NCBI GenBank assembly: GCA_051294375.1
Contig: CM119265.1
Span: 14,670,963-14,734,962, forward strand
Reading direction: 5' to 3'
DNA from: Paraspadella gotoi
Taxonomy: Eukaryota; Animalia; Chaetognatha
Length of the DNA stretch: 64,000 nucleotides
Shown here one piece after another: positions 39,306 through 53,263 of this stretch (position 1 is its first letter; each line of letters starts with the position of its first letter). The notes under the pieces are model-generated. The model was not told the origin of the DNA and did no database searches. It saw only the letters and a program-made list of their open reading frames with translations. Position numbers and translations under genes: made by a program.

Positions 39306-40032
39306 CATGGCCCGGCCAGCCCCACTCTCTTCGCTCTCTTTGAAAGTTTAAACAATGAAGAAAGCGATTCTAAAAATCTCGTTAAGCGGCGTCGTTTGAA
39401 AAGCGCCGGCTCCGTCGCGGTCGGCGTGGGCGGCGACGGCGTCAGCGACGAAGAAGAAAGGCGGAAATTATGATGGCCAATTTCCGCTTTAATCGCCTTT
39501 TTTTTTTATTTATCGCCGGGGATTTTTTCTCTCCTTTCGCCGCCTCAGTTGGACGGGCGCTCCATCAACGACGTCGACCACAAGCGAATCAAACCCCTCA
39601 ACGAGCGGGGAAGATTGACTACATGAAATCCGTGAAAGACAAATAATTGGCCACTTTTTGGTGCAAAGAGGATTTAACGACAATAATTTTTTTTTAAATT
39701 GGTTGTACCAATTTCATAATCTAAGGGAGAAAGGAAAATAAGAAACTCTGAAATAAAAATGGAATGTGGAAGGAAAAAGCAGTTTGATATCAAAAGTAGA
39801 GCGAAAAAGCAATAAGTAGGTTAAAAAAAGTAACAGGCGAAAAAAAAAACTTTTTAGCTTCGATCGTTCATCTGGAAAAGTTTTCAAAGATTCATTGGAA
39901 AAAAGATTTTTTTTTTTCAAAAGCGGCTAAAAGGTAATATTTTTCTTACGGACAAAGAAAATGTTATGAAAAATGCGAGAGAGGGGGAGAGAGAAAGAGA
40001 CAGAGAAATAAATGGAGAGAGACGAGAGATAG

Positions 40033-40078
<46 letters not shown>

Positions 40079-40086
40079 AGAGAGAT

Positions 40087-40120
<34 letters not shown>

Positions 40121-43100
40121 GGAAGAGAATTTTTATTAAGAAATGTTTAGAAAAAAATGGAGATGATCGTGTGAACCTGAAGAAGAGGGAGAGAGAGGCA
40201 ATGGTTTAGTGAAGGGAGGCGGCGTACAAAAACTCATTCCACTCACCTCTCCTCACATCCCCTCACATCCCCTCACATCTCCTCATCTCTCTTCGCCCAA
40301 TAGTTCGGGGTCAACACCATTTTTCCCTCAAATCCGATTTTCTTTACGCCGAATTCATTTTCATAAAGACCAAGTCGTTGTTGTTGTCGTCGTCGTCATC
40401 GTCGTCGTCGTCGTCGATGGAAAGTGAAAGGGAAATTCCATTGACTTTTGTCTCTCGTTTCATTAATTTTCTGACCACTCCAAGATTAAGCTGTAATTCA
40501 TAATTTTCGAGTGACCAGCCGATCTTTGAAGATTTATTAACCACATGATGGCGGGCTTTTTTTTTTTTAACTTTTGAGTCTTGTTCGTCGCAAATGAATT
40601 CAATATCCTTTTAAAAAGCATGATTTATTTTTAACAGTGCGATCGCTTTAATAGTTTGATTGCCCTCAAATCGGATAATCGACAAAACGGCGCCGCCTCT
40701 CGCGTCGCTCCCACCTGAAGAACCGCCCGGCCACGCTCTTCCAGAGTAGGCGCCGGAACCTCTTCCCTAGAGCGGCTCTTCGACCTCTCTTCCGGTTCCA
40801 TCGATGGCGCCACACGCCCGCCGGCGTCTTGTTTACGCCTCCGACCATTAACGCGTGATGCATGGCGCCAACGCGGCCTCTGGCGCGCCCGCGACCGGCT
40901 CCAACCTTCGGCCCACTTTTGGGACTCGCCACCTCCTTCCTTGTCCGTCTTTGTACCTTCTTTTTTGTTTTCGTTTCGATTCTCACTCTTTCAATTCTTT
41001 CTCGTTATATACATTTTATTCATATTTAGATATATATTTATAATATATTTTATTTAATTTCTTAATAATTTCTTTCTATATCAATCCCAATTAATCTTAA
41101 TGTCTTCTATACTTTCAATTTCTCGAATAAATCTCTTTGCTAAATCTTTAAGTCACTCCTTCCTTCTCTCCCCGCCCTCTTCACTCAAATTCTCCCGCCC
41201 TTCGTCGTCGCCTTCGTCGTCGTTTTCGTCGTCGTCGTCAGCCTCGTCTCGAATTTCAATAACTCTGATTTGAAAAAGATTCATTTACTATTTCGACCTC
41301 GAGGGTTGAAGCCGTTTCTGTCGGTTTTTGACGCGACGCCCGCCGAGAGGGGGAGGTCGGTCGCCCCATAGGGCTGTTGGTTTCCCCTTTCTCCCCTTTT
41401 TTCTCGGGAAGGGGGTTTTCATTTTCCCATGAGAGAGGTGGGCAGCTCTTTCTCATCCCCCCATAATGGTTGAATCACTTTCTTTTTCTCTCCCTTAACA
41501 ACGTACAATGTAAATAGACAAACATATCCCTATTCCCTTACGCTCAACTAAAATCGGTATTTCGATATCTCTCTTGATTCGTCCCTAAACTCCACCGACT
41601 TAATCTCAAGCTCTTTACATCCTGGCTTTCATTTTTCCTTTAAAAATGATAAAATATTTTGCATCTTTTTTCCCTACCCACTTTCTCAGCCTCACCGCCT
41701 CACCCCCTTTACATTTCAAACCCCTTTCACTCACCCTTTCGCTCTTCAACCCTTACCCTCGCCGCCCCACCCGCCCCATCTTGGCCTTGGCGTCGCTCCG
41801 CCGTTTCTCAAACGTCGAAGAAGAATGAATCACGCGGTCGCCATAGCAACGCGCCTTAGCAACCGTTGCCAAGGAGAAAAGGAAATGCGAAAGGAGAAAA
41901 AGCGAGGGAAAGGAAAGAAATTCTCGCTTTTCAAGAGAAGGAAGAAAAAAAAGTTTGCGCGCTCTCTTTCTCTCTCTCTTTCTCTACGTCTCGCTCTCTT
42001 AAAAAATATGGAGCGCGTTTGACCCGGTGACGTTCCGGGGCGACGAAGGTGGCGTGAGCTGAGAGGGTCGTTCATTTTGGTTGTGATGGTCATGATTTCG
42101 CTACTGATTTGTTTTGTTTGTTTTTTTTTTTCCTTTTTTTTACTGACGTCTTGGTAATGGGAGCAAACTTTGTTTTATATATTTACTTACTTTACTTATT
42201 TCAATTGGCTAAGATATTATGAATAATTTACTTACTAGGTTTGTTATATTTATAGGTAATTTCACGTGAAATGGACGTGGTCCACTTTCTTCATCGTCCT
42301 CTTTCTCCGCTTTTCATTCCGTCATCGTCTAAATTCTCCGAGACGTCATCAAAACTCAATTTACGAATTTCGTTAAAAACAAATGACGAAATGAGACGAG
42401 TTGTGCCGCGGTAGGGGGCCTGTCATTGGACACGCAACGGTCACGGCGTGACATGGGATGGAATTTCATTTAGTATTGACGTTAATTCCAATTTACTAAT
42501 TACTCAAAAAATTCATAATAATATCTGGTTCGAGATCGCCACCGTAAGCTAACCGCCACTATTGATGTCGCCAATCATTAGATTGACTCCAAAAAAAAAA
42601 CCCAATATTTACGGGTACAGGGTTTAAACCTCTCATTGTCCCTGTAATTGTCGATGTTGTTTTGAGTCAGTGTTTCGTAAATAAGACAATGCGCCGTCTC
42701 ACGCCATCGTCATCGTCGTAATCCTCATCGCCTTCGTCGTCACTCTGGTCGACAATGACGCGTTTCCGTCATAACGACGATTCTTAATGAAACTCGTAAC
42801 GTCGACCCTTTAGTCGTCGTCATCGTCTTTCATTTTTAGCGTCATCGTCGTTGTCCTTACGTCGTCATCGTCGTCGTCGCTTCGTCGTCGATTTTACCGT
42901 CGTCCTCGTCGTCGTCGTCGCTTCGTCGTCGTCGTTTCGTCGTCGTCTTTCTCGTCGTCGTTTCGTCATCTTAATGAAAGTCGTAACGCTTAAAGCCTCG
43001 ACTTTTCTCCATTAACCTGAAGTCCGTTCTTCCTTCAAACCGCCCCCGACTCGGCCACGCCCCCAACAGCCTCCAATGCCCTGCACACCCCCTGACACCA

Positions 43101-43379
43101 CTCCTGAAACTCCCTGACACCCTAAAACGAAATCCTTCCTCCCCTCGACCGTGACCCTCTCTCCTTAGGTAAGTGACCTCCCGCACCCACCCATTTCCCG
43201 TTAGGGATTCACCTCCGCGGCCGAGAGACTGACCTTCTTACTCGCCACCACCGCGGCTTCGAACCACTTCGCCTCACCATCTTTCAAAGACTTATAACAC
43301 TTTTTACCACAACAAGAAATCATTTGTACCCGCTCCCCCTTTCGGTCATTTCGACTCAAAAAAACCTACTCTCTCTCTC

Positions 43380-43429
<50 letters not shown>

Positions 43430-43766
43430 CTCTTCTCTCGCTTACCCTCCCGGTGAGTTTCTTATTAATTCGCGGGCGGACCTTCCCCCGCTCCTCAGTT
43501 CCATTCTAAACCCTTTCATAACGACGAGGAGCGAGACCGCGCGTCGTAAAGGATATAAATAGAAAAATCCAATAGGAAAAATTGTCGACGTCGTTGTAAT
43601 GGATTCTTCTTTTTCTTCTTTTTCTTCTTTTTTTCTTTTTTTTGAATCGTTACTTGGGTTATTTTTTATGTATATATGTACTCAGTTTCGTTTACTTAGT
43701 TTTTTTTTGTTTCTTATTTAGTTATTTATACTTTTATTAATTTTCGTTATTATACGTTTCTAATAA

Positions 43767-43860
43767 TTAATATTTAATATTTAATATTTAATATTTAATA
43801 TTTAATATTTAATATTTAATATTTAATATTTAATATTTAATATTTAATATTTAATATTAA
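43767..43860. repeat. (TATTTAA)n heptamer tandem repeat
   Basis: Near-perfect 7-nt unit repeated about 13 times. Confidence 0.96.
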
Positions 43861-44959
43861 TTTTTCTTCTAATCTTTCTTTTCTTTTATTCTTTCTTTCT
43901 TTTTTCTTTTTCCTTTTCTTCCTTTCTTTCTTTTCTTCATCATTTTTTTGCCCGCTATCATTACCAGGGTCGGATCATTACGAAAGTACTGCTACAATCG
44001 TTTAGATTCTTTCTATGAAATCATAATAATCTTCAGCAAATAAATTAGAGAAAATTCTTGAAAAATAAAACGTTTTAGCGGTCTAAACAACAACAACAAC
44101 GACAACAACGACAACTTTACAACTCGATCACCAAAAAACCACTTAACCGTCTCTACAAAGTACGATATCAAAATTACAAATGATATCAGTCATGAAAAGA
44201 ACGTGACTTACATTCGCTAAAACTTTCTGGGCAATTACCGATATTTTTTTTTACAGGGGTTCCCCTGTACCCCTCTCTCCTCCCACTCTCTCCTCCCTCT
44301 TACTCCATTCTCATTAGTCCTGAGCTCGCCGAATGTTAACCGCCTCAGATTAAGTGCCACCAGCTTTTTTAGTCTTCGCCATCATCGGTTTCACTCGAGA
44401 AAAAAAAAAAGAAGTTCTTCTGATTCATTTGAGCCAAAGAAAACATCGGGACACGTTCCAGCACCCCCGCGGTACCCCCGGGGTCCCCCTTTCTCCTTTA
44501 TCACCACCCCTTCCCCCCTCCCCCCGAAAAAAAACCCTCCAGTCCCGGCGAGCGGGATTCGGTTTTGGCTGCTAATTTGAATCCGTCTTTGGCCGTTGAC
44601 CCTGACTGGGGCTAAGCAGCCAAAGCAACACTAAAGCCAATTCGAGTCTGATGTTGGACTTGAGAGACAAACAAGAAAATAACGACCTTGGTAGAGAGAA
44701 GGGGAACTGAGGAATGGAATGGCTGAAATATCAAGTTTAGTTTATTGTTTACGTTTATGTTGTCTTTCATATCAAACATATCGAAAAGTTTTAGCTTCTG
44801 AATTTGTCATGTCATGGTTATCATAGTTTTTTTTACGCCATATGAGCATTTATTTGTTCTTTAATTCGCAAAACTCATTCTCTCTCTTTATTTTTTCTTA
44901 TTTTTCTTTTTTTTTTTCTTACATTTCCTCTCCCTCGCTCTCTCTCGCCCGATTTGGCC

Positions 44960-45220
44960 GCTGATCATTTGTTCGTCAGTTCAGAAACGCGGTCAGCATC
45001 GCAGAAGGCTGCGCGCGCATGCACCTCGTTTCACTTGACCAGTGAAACTCACTCACCGCGAAATTGAGGCAGCGGCGTCGGCTGCGGCGGCGGCTGCGGT
45101 AGTGCTTGCGCGCGAGTGGCGCCGTCTTCCGCTTCGCACTTCCGGTTTTCGCTTCAGGCGCCGTTGGCGAGGCGTCCAAGCGGCGCCGAGCGGAAGCGAG
45201 CGGAAAACCGGCAAAGAGCT
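44960..45220 (+). promoter_or_regulatory. CpG/GC-rich promoter-like region upstream of the V-ATPase a gene
   Basis: GC island about 0.4-0.7 kb before the ATG, with NRF1-like GCGCGCGCATGC (about 45011) and ETS-like CACTTCCGG (about 45137), flanked by AT-rich DNA. Confidence 0.45.
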
Positions 45221-45634
45221 TTAGTATTTCTTTTCTCGTTTTTTTTTATTTGGAGGAACAATTTTTTATTCTTAGAAAAAAAGAACATTCATTGAAATGG
45301 AAAGTCAAAGGAGGTTTTTCTTTTGTTAAACGTTAAAGGTAAAAGTCCATCGAGTAAGAACAATAATCAAGCAATTTAGTTTATTTTCTTTTTCTTTACT
45401 TTCAGGATTTGTCATTTAAAATTTTAAAAGCTTGGAATTGCTCTCAATATGTATAATTGTATATTGTATAAGACGAGGAAATCTTTTTTGCGGTTTTTCT
45501 AGGCAAAAAATTTTTAAAATCGACCAAAAATTGTATTTCTTTTTTTTTAATATTTAAATTGCGAAACGCGGTCTAAATTTACTTTTAAATCTCGACCGTC
45601 AATACCATTTTGACAAGATCCTGGATATGACAAA

Positions 45635-48201
45635 ATGGGATCTCTCCTTCGATCGGAGGACATGGGGCTGTTCCAGCTCTTCCTCACCACGGAGTCCGCG
45701 CCGTTTTGTTTGTCCGAACTCGGCGAAGTCGGACTCGCTCATTTCGTCGACCTTCACCGAAATCAACAGCGTGCAAAGGTGAGGAGAGGGTCAGGTAAGG
45801 ACGTCTCTACTGTTGCTGATGGCAAGTGACAAACCTGGACGGTGGAGGAGTTTTTGTTTTTTTAACCGTCTCTTCCCGACAATCCTTTCCCCACTCCTTC
45901 AGAAACTTCGCCTTCGAAACTCCGCCGACTTCAAAGTCTCGATTCGAAACTCCGCCACCTGGAAAAAATCGCCGGCGACAAAGGGTTGGGTATTCCGACG
46001 CCGCTATGGCACGTCCCGGCGCCAATGCCCAGGGAGGCGCAACATCTGGAGGACAACGTCAATAGAATCTTTGACGCCACCAAATCCTTTGACGTAAATC
46101 TGGAAGAGATTAGAAAAAATGAGAGGGAGCTGGAGGAAAGGATCCGATGTATGGAAATGGTGAATGAAGTCTTCAAGGTGAGCCTTAACATGTATGAAAT
46201 TGATGTGGATTTTGACACGACTAAGTGAATTAGATTAACTCAGATTAAACTAAATTTATTCTCAGGTCGGACAGTCCTCCTACTCAGGATCAAGTTTCAA
46301 ACGTCTCAGCGAATACGTCGACGAGGAAGAGGCGTCGGAATCCCTCGGTACTTACCTCGACTTTCTTTGCGGCGTTATCGAGAGAAAAAGGTAAGAAAAT
46401 CGTTTTATCTTCAGTTCATTTTGATTTATTCATTCGTTCTTTCAATTAGTTTTTTCCTTGAATCGTCTTTCTTTAAGGGTCCAATTCTTCGAACGCATGC
46501 TGTGGCGCGCCTGCAGAGGAAATGTCTTTTTCAGATGCAGCGATTTTTACGCCGACGCCGCCGCCGCCGCTGCTGCCGCGGATGCTTCCGGCCGAGACGA
46601 CGACGAACCCAAATCCGTTTTCGTTATCCTTTTTCAAGGTAAACGATCAATCTGGCTAAATGTAATACTTTCTTATATCCTAACTTACCCAGGAGAATAC
46701 TTGAACGCCACGATCTTGAAGATCGCAGCCGCCTTCCGTTCACGCATCTATCAGTGCTCTCACTCTGCCGAAGTTCGCCACAATTCGTTCCAGGAGTTCG
46801 TCAACTGCCTGAGGGACATTCGCGTGGTGCTGAAGACATCGGAACAGCACCGGCTGGAACATCTCGCAGAGGTCGCCTCTAAGCTTCGAGAGTTTAGCTC
46901 GGCCCTGCAGAAATTAAGGTTGTCATTGCTTTTGCTGGTGCTGTTGTACTCTGTTTTAAATTTCTGGCAAACCTCTCGATCGCAGATCGATTTACGCGAC
47001 GTTGAACAAATTTCGCGACGACGTCGTTTCCAATTGTCTCGTCGGAGAATTTTGGGCGCCGATCGACGACGTCGATAGGATTCATTTGGCTTTAAGGCGA
47101 GGCTGGAGTTGTGGGGGGAAAGGGGGAAGGTTAATCAAGCATGTTCATTGTTCATAAATCGCAAAAATGCTCGGATCGCATTCTCGTTTCAGTATTCTAT
47201 TTTAAGCATCAATGACTGAAACACTGGTTTTCATTTCATGCTTGGGGTGATTAAAATTTAGCTTTTTTATGTTTTATGAATCATAATAACTAAATGAAAG
47301 TGTAAGACACAAAATGACATTATAGAATATAGAAAAAATTATAGATTATACATTTTTTTTTTACATTCAAAATTTCTTTTTACCATCTTCCTTCTTCCAC
47401 ACTCCCTTTAAAAAGATGCGGCGCCGACTCCGCCAGGGAATCTGCGCCGCCTCTTCTCCATCGAATCGACGCCGGTTCTAGGACGCCGCCAACTTTTCAT
47501 CGGACCAACAAATTTAGTCGCGCCTTTCAGGCGGTGGTTGACGCATACGGCGTCGCCTCCTACAAGGAGATCAATCCGGCGCCGTTCACGATAATCACGT
47601 TTCCTTTTCTCTTCGCTGTGATGTTCGGCGACGCGGGTCACGGACTACTCATGTTTCTCTTGGCGCTGTTCATGGTGGTCAAGGTAAGGTTTGGTGACAA
47701 AGTCAGTTCGCTTTTCTTGGCTTTCATGGAAAACGAATCAATATTTTTTTTTTAACTGACTGAAATAACTATTAACTACAACGCGTACTCTGGTCTGGGA
47801 AATTGGTAGAAGTGCTTTGGGACTAAGATAATATATAATATATAATATATATAGGTTCTCACATTCTAGCTTATTAGCTCCCTAGTAATCAGTGATGTAT
47901 ACTAATAGTTTCAATTTCAAAAATTAGTACAGACAATGTTGTAATCTCGGCATCAGTTAACCTTCTTTTCTACTTTCCACTGCGCAGGAGCGGAGCCTCT
48001 CCTCCAAGTGGCGCGACAACGAGATGTGGAGGATCCTCTTCGGCGGCCGCTACATCATCCTCTTCATGGGCGTCTTCTCTATCTACACCGGATCGCTTTA
48101 CAACGACTTCTTCGCCAAATCGCTAAACCTCGCGGGAAGCAGTTGGACCATACCGGCCAGAGTGAGAGAGAGAGAGGAGAGAGAGAGAGAAGGGGGGGGG
48201 G

Positions 48202-48262
<61 letters not shown>

Positions 48263-49739
48263 AACTTTCCATAACAATTTACTAATCTTATATCCCTCTC
48301 AACCTGGCAGTTAAACGTGAGCCTACTAACCAAGCCTTACCCCGTGGACCCATCGTCGTACAAAGGTAGCCCCTACCCCTGGGGACTAGATCCAGTGTGG
48401 CAAATGGCCACCAACAAGATTATCTTTCGCGATTCGCTGAAGATGAAGTTGTCCGTGATTCTGGGAGTGAGTCACATGATGTTCGGGACGTGTCTCTCCT
48501 TGCTCAATCACCTCCGCGTCAAGGACCACCTCGCCGTGGCCTTTCAGTTCCTGCCCGAAGTTCTCTTTATTTCTTGCACATTCGGGTGAGAATACTGCAC
48601 ATGTGATACAATATAAATCGTTAGTTAACTAACTAACGAAAGTTAATTTCGCTCGCATTATGATGTTTAATGTTTTCCTCTTTGTATACAGCTTGTCTAA
48701 TTAATATTCATAAGTAAGATAATTTGATACTAGCCTCTTCCCACCCTCTTTTCTAGATATCTCTACGGCCTCATCTTCGCCAAATGGCTCCTCTTCGACC
48801 ACGCCTCCCCTCATCCGCCCTCTCTCCTCATCGGCTTCATCAACATGTTTATGTTTCAGTACGGCGCGGATCAACCGGCCGACGCCCGCCCGTGGTATCA
48901 GGGCCAGCAGGCCGTGCAGATGGCGCTGGTGGCGACGGCGTTGGCATGCGTGCCGGTCATGCTGCTGACGAAGCCATTGGTGCTGTGGAAGCGAAACAAG
49001 GGGCGCGATGGTGAGGAGAGGGTGGCGCAGGCAAGAGCAGAAGCGGGCGTGGCTAAAGGCGACGGAGGAAGCGAAAGAAATTTGGCGCAACCGCACGGCG
49101 CGGAAGACGGACGCGACGAACGAATCGGCGAGGATGTGGGATTACCTGGAAGCGAATCTTCCGCGGATCGAAACGACGACTGCACGAGCGAAATCTTGAA
49201 CGACAACGATGACGACGACGACGACGAGTCCCTTGAAGAAAAACCAGTCTTTGATCTCGGAGAGATCATGGTGAAGCAAGCCATTCACACCATAGAATAT
49301 TGTCTCGGCACCATCTCTCACACGGCCTCTTACCTTCGCTTGTGGGCCTTATCGTTGGCGCACGCGCAACTATCGGAGGTAAAAAGAGGATGGGATATAC
49401 GTCACACTAAATTGTAATTTGATTTTCTACAAGAAATCAATTAATATTTCTTATTAAAACTTCTTTCCCCCTTTGCCCGAATCTCCTTTTCCCCAGGTTC
49501 TGTGGACGATGGTGTTGCGCCTCGGCCTTTCGAGGAGCGGTTGGGAGGGAGCCGCGATTTTGACCCTCGTCTTTCCCTTTTGGGCCGCGATGACGGTGGC
49601 GGTGCTGCTCGTCATGGAAGGCCTCTCCGCCTTCCTCCACACTCTCCGACTTCACTGGGTCGAATTTCAATCCAAATTTTACGCGGGCGAAGGGAATCTC
49701 TTTGAGCCGTTCACGCTGACGGACGAATCGGAAAGTTGA
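45635..49739 (+). CDS. ATP6V0A: V-type proton ATPase V0 subunit a (116 kDa subunit / Vph1 family), 11 coding exons, about 879 aa
   Basis: Manual exons: 45635-45794, 45903-46177, 46266-46390, 46478-46638, 46693-46918, 46986-47096, 47416-47683, 47988-48161, 48311-48585, 48757-49378, 49497-49739. Total 2640 nt, all junction phases consistent, no internal stop seen. Family motifs: [130 protein letters not shown] (essential Arg), [23 protein letters not shown]. The paralog number cannot be assigned. Confidence 0.96.
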
Positions 49740-50414
49740 CAAAAGTCCAAAATTAAATTTAAGATATTAACTCGGAGACGATAGCTGGCCGTCTTGAAAC
49801 TTAGGCCATTCCTGTCTTTCACCACGTAACTCTCTCTCTCTTTCTCTCTCGCCATTTTTCGTCAGAAAAGTTTTTCATTATTTTTTTTTTGGTAGTCGAG
49901 AATCTGGAATGTAAGAATTTCTCATTAAGTTGGAATTTTACTATTAGTTGAGCAAAGAGTTTTTTCCCCTCGTCAACCCGTCCGACCACGCATTCTTTGA
50001 GTTTTGACGACCGGGGGTGACAGCGCGCATAAACTACAGCGAGGAGACGGTTTTATCGATTCTTATATATATCCCTCTGTATCCAAATGGGGAGAACCCA
50101 TTAACCTGAAAATTAAATCGAGTCCGAGGGTAATCGAACCCGACGTTCAATTCTCACTTCATTTTTTTTTTTCCTTTTCTTCTCGCTTTATTTTTCGCTT
50201 CGATCGCTTCGTTCGTAATCAGCTCGTCCATCGACGACTTTTTACAAACCTTCAAAACGTAATGGATCGCTTTTCTATCGGGGGGAGAAAAATCTATTAT
50301 CGCTCGGACATCCGATTCTTCCTCCCGTTAAAACGTTCCCTTCCCCCTCATTTAACCCCTCACACCCTCGAACAATATTCATTTCTCTCNNNNNNNNNNN
50401 NNNNNNNNNNNNNN

Positions 50415-51303
50415 CTCAATCTCTTTCGGTTCCATTGTGGTCGCTTGTTTGGCTCCGCGACAACTTCTCACAAGCCCGCCCTTTAAGTCCAGGGGCGCGA
50501 AAAGTGGGGGATCGAGCATGAACCCCGATCAGAATTCGGCCCCCCCCTTTTTCTTCAAAGGCACTGGAGGGGGGGGGTAAACGACCTTTGAAGAAAGGAG
50601 GGGGTAAAAAAGGGAAACTCCCCTCCGAGCCATTGTAGTAAGGGGCGACTGTTTTCAAAAAAAGTAGGAGCGAAAAGAAGGCAGAGCGAAGCATCTTAAG
50701 CGCACCCTAACCTTTCAACGAATAAGCTCACTGACCCGTACTCGAAGAAGAATCCACGTGATCTAATCCAGAATCACGTGATCTCATCGAGGACTCGGAA
50801 CCCAAAAATAATACGGCGCGAGTTTGTTTACAAAAATAACGGATCCGAGCGGCAAGGACGACGGGCAGAGCAAGCGCTTTAGATTTAGAGGTCAAATTCC
50901 CCTGTCTGGAGAAAGAGAGAGAGTGAGACAGTTTTTCCTGATTCTATTACAAGCGAAACTACATTGTGTCGCTTTCAAATCGGGATTAGGAAGAGTACGA
51001 ATTAAAGAGGAGGAGCCACTGGAGTTTGATGGTCCGTTTAAATCACCGGGATTCGGTTTTATTTTTTCTAAGAGAATTTCAATGAGGATTTCTGTTCCAC
51101 GTTGAAAACAGATTTAAATAGTTTATATCGTCTTTTGATAGTTTAAAGAGAGAGAGAGAGAAGAGAGAGAGAGATGAGAGAGGAGAGAGAGATGAGAGAT
51201 GAGAGAGAGAGAGAAAGAGAGAGAGAAAGAGAGAATGAGAGGCTAAGTTCAACGGTCACAGATACAACCGCCCGCGGGAAAAGAGAGAGAAGAAGAGAGA
51301 GAG

Positions 51304-51357
<54 letters not shown>

Positions 51358-51897
51358 TAAAATCCAAAGGAATTCAACCGCAAAGAATTTTCTTCTTTAA
51401 AAAAAAAAATAATGGAAAACTTGTTAAAAACACCGCATAATGGAATCTTTCTAACCAAAAAAGAAAATAAAAACAAAAAAAAATGGGAGGAATTTTTTAT
51501 AAAAATAAACAAGGATTTCTGGTTAGACAACGGATTAACAATCGTCGGCAGAAATCCCGGCCCTCCCCCTTTATCCCTTCGACTCCCCCCGACCAAAATT
51601 CAACGAAAAAAGGAATTAGCACATAGTTGACTGGACCAATTTCATCTCAACCGGAATAGGAAAGGCGACGACGAACTGACGACGACGACGACGACGATTG
51701 GTGACAACGATGAACGTTTATTCAAAACAGAGACGAAATCGCCGGTCGAAAACTAAAAGAAGAGCATCCATGCAGGCAAAAAATTTCCATGGTCAGCAAT
51801 TTTTTAGAGTGAGGAGAAAAAGAAAGAGAAGAGAAGAAGGAAGCGCGAGAGAGAGAGAGAGAGGGAGAGAGAGAGAGAGAGAGAGACGAGAGAGGAA

Positions 51898-51938
<41 letters not shown>

Positions 51939-52056
51939 AATTTCTCTCACTCTAAAAATTGTGACCATGGAAATTTTTTGCCGCATGGATGCTTCTTCTT
52001 TAGTTTCGACGGCGATTTTCGTCTCTGTTCTTGAATGGACGTCATCGTTGTCACCA

Positions 52057-52091
<35 letters not shown>

Positions 52092-52371
52092 TTTCCTATT
52101 CCGGTTGAGATGAAATTGTCCAGTCAACTATGTGCTAATTCCTTTTTCGTTGAAATTGGTCGGGGGGAGTCGAGATAAAGGGGGGGGCGGGATTTCTGCG
52201 ACGATTGTTAATCCGTTTCTAACCAGAAATCGTAAAAATTCCTCCATTTTTTTTTGTTTTTTATTCTTTTTTCGGTAGAAAGATTCCATTATGCGGTGTT
52301 TTTAACAAGTTTTCCATTATTTTTTTTTTTAAAGAAGAAAATTCTTTGCGGTTGAATTCCTTTGGATTTTA

Positions 52372-52425
<54 letters not shown>

Positions 52426-52498
52426 CTCTCTCTCTTCTTCTCTCTCTTTTCCCGCGGGCGGTTGTATCTGTGACCGTTGAACTTAGCCTCTCATTCTC

Positions 52499-52549
<51 letters not shown>

Positions 52550-53263
52550 AATCTATCAAAAGACGATTAAAACTATTTAAATCTGTTTCAAACGTGGGAA
52601 CAGATCCTCATGAAATTCTCTTAGAAAAAAATAAACCGAATCCCGGTGATTTATAAACGGACCATCAAACTCAGTGGCTCCTCCTCTTTTAATTCGTAAC
52701 TCTTCCTAATCCGATTGAATGCGACACAATGTAGTTCGCTGTAATAGAATCAGGAAAAACTGTCTCACTCTCTCTCTTTCTCCAGACAGGAATTTGACCT
52801 CTAAATCTAAGCGCTTGCTCTGCCCGTCTTCCTTGCCGCTCGGATCCGTTATTTTGTAAACAAACTCGCGCGTATTATTTTTGGGTTCCGAGTCCTCGAT
52901 GAGATCACGTGATTCTGGATTAGATCACGTGATTCTTCTTCGAGTCACGGGTCAGTGAGCTTTTCGTTCGAAAGGTAGGGTGCGCTTAAGATGCTTCGCT
53001 CTGCTTCTTTTCGCTCCTTACTTTTTTGAAAACATTCGCCCCTTACTACAATGGCTCGGAGGGGGTTTCCCTCTTTTTACCCCCTCCTTTCTTCAAAGGT
53101 CGTTACCCCCCCCTCCAGTGCCTTTGAAGAAAAAGGGGGGGGGGCCGATTCTGATCGGGGGTTCATGCTCGATCCCCCACTTTCGCGCCCCGTTGGATTA
53201 AAGGGGCGGCCTTGTGAGAAGTTGTCGGAGCAAACAGCGACCACAATGGAACCGAAGAGATGA
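50415..53263. repeat. Inverted repeat, arms about 50415-51818 and 51940-53263, (GA)n spacer; probable fold-back artefact
   Basis: ctcaatctctttcggttccattgtggtcgc at 50415 is mirrored at about 53235-53263. The same spurious ORF MDFISLSLFS occurs at 51367- and 52362+. Starts right after a 25-N gap. Confidence 0.93.
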
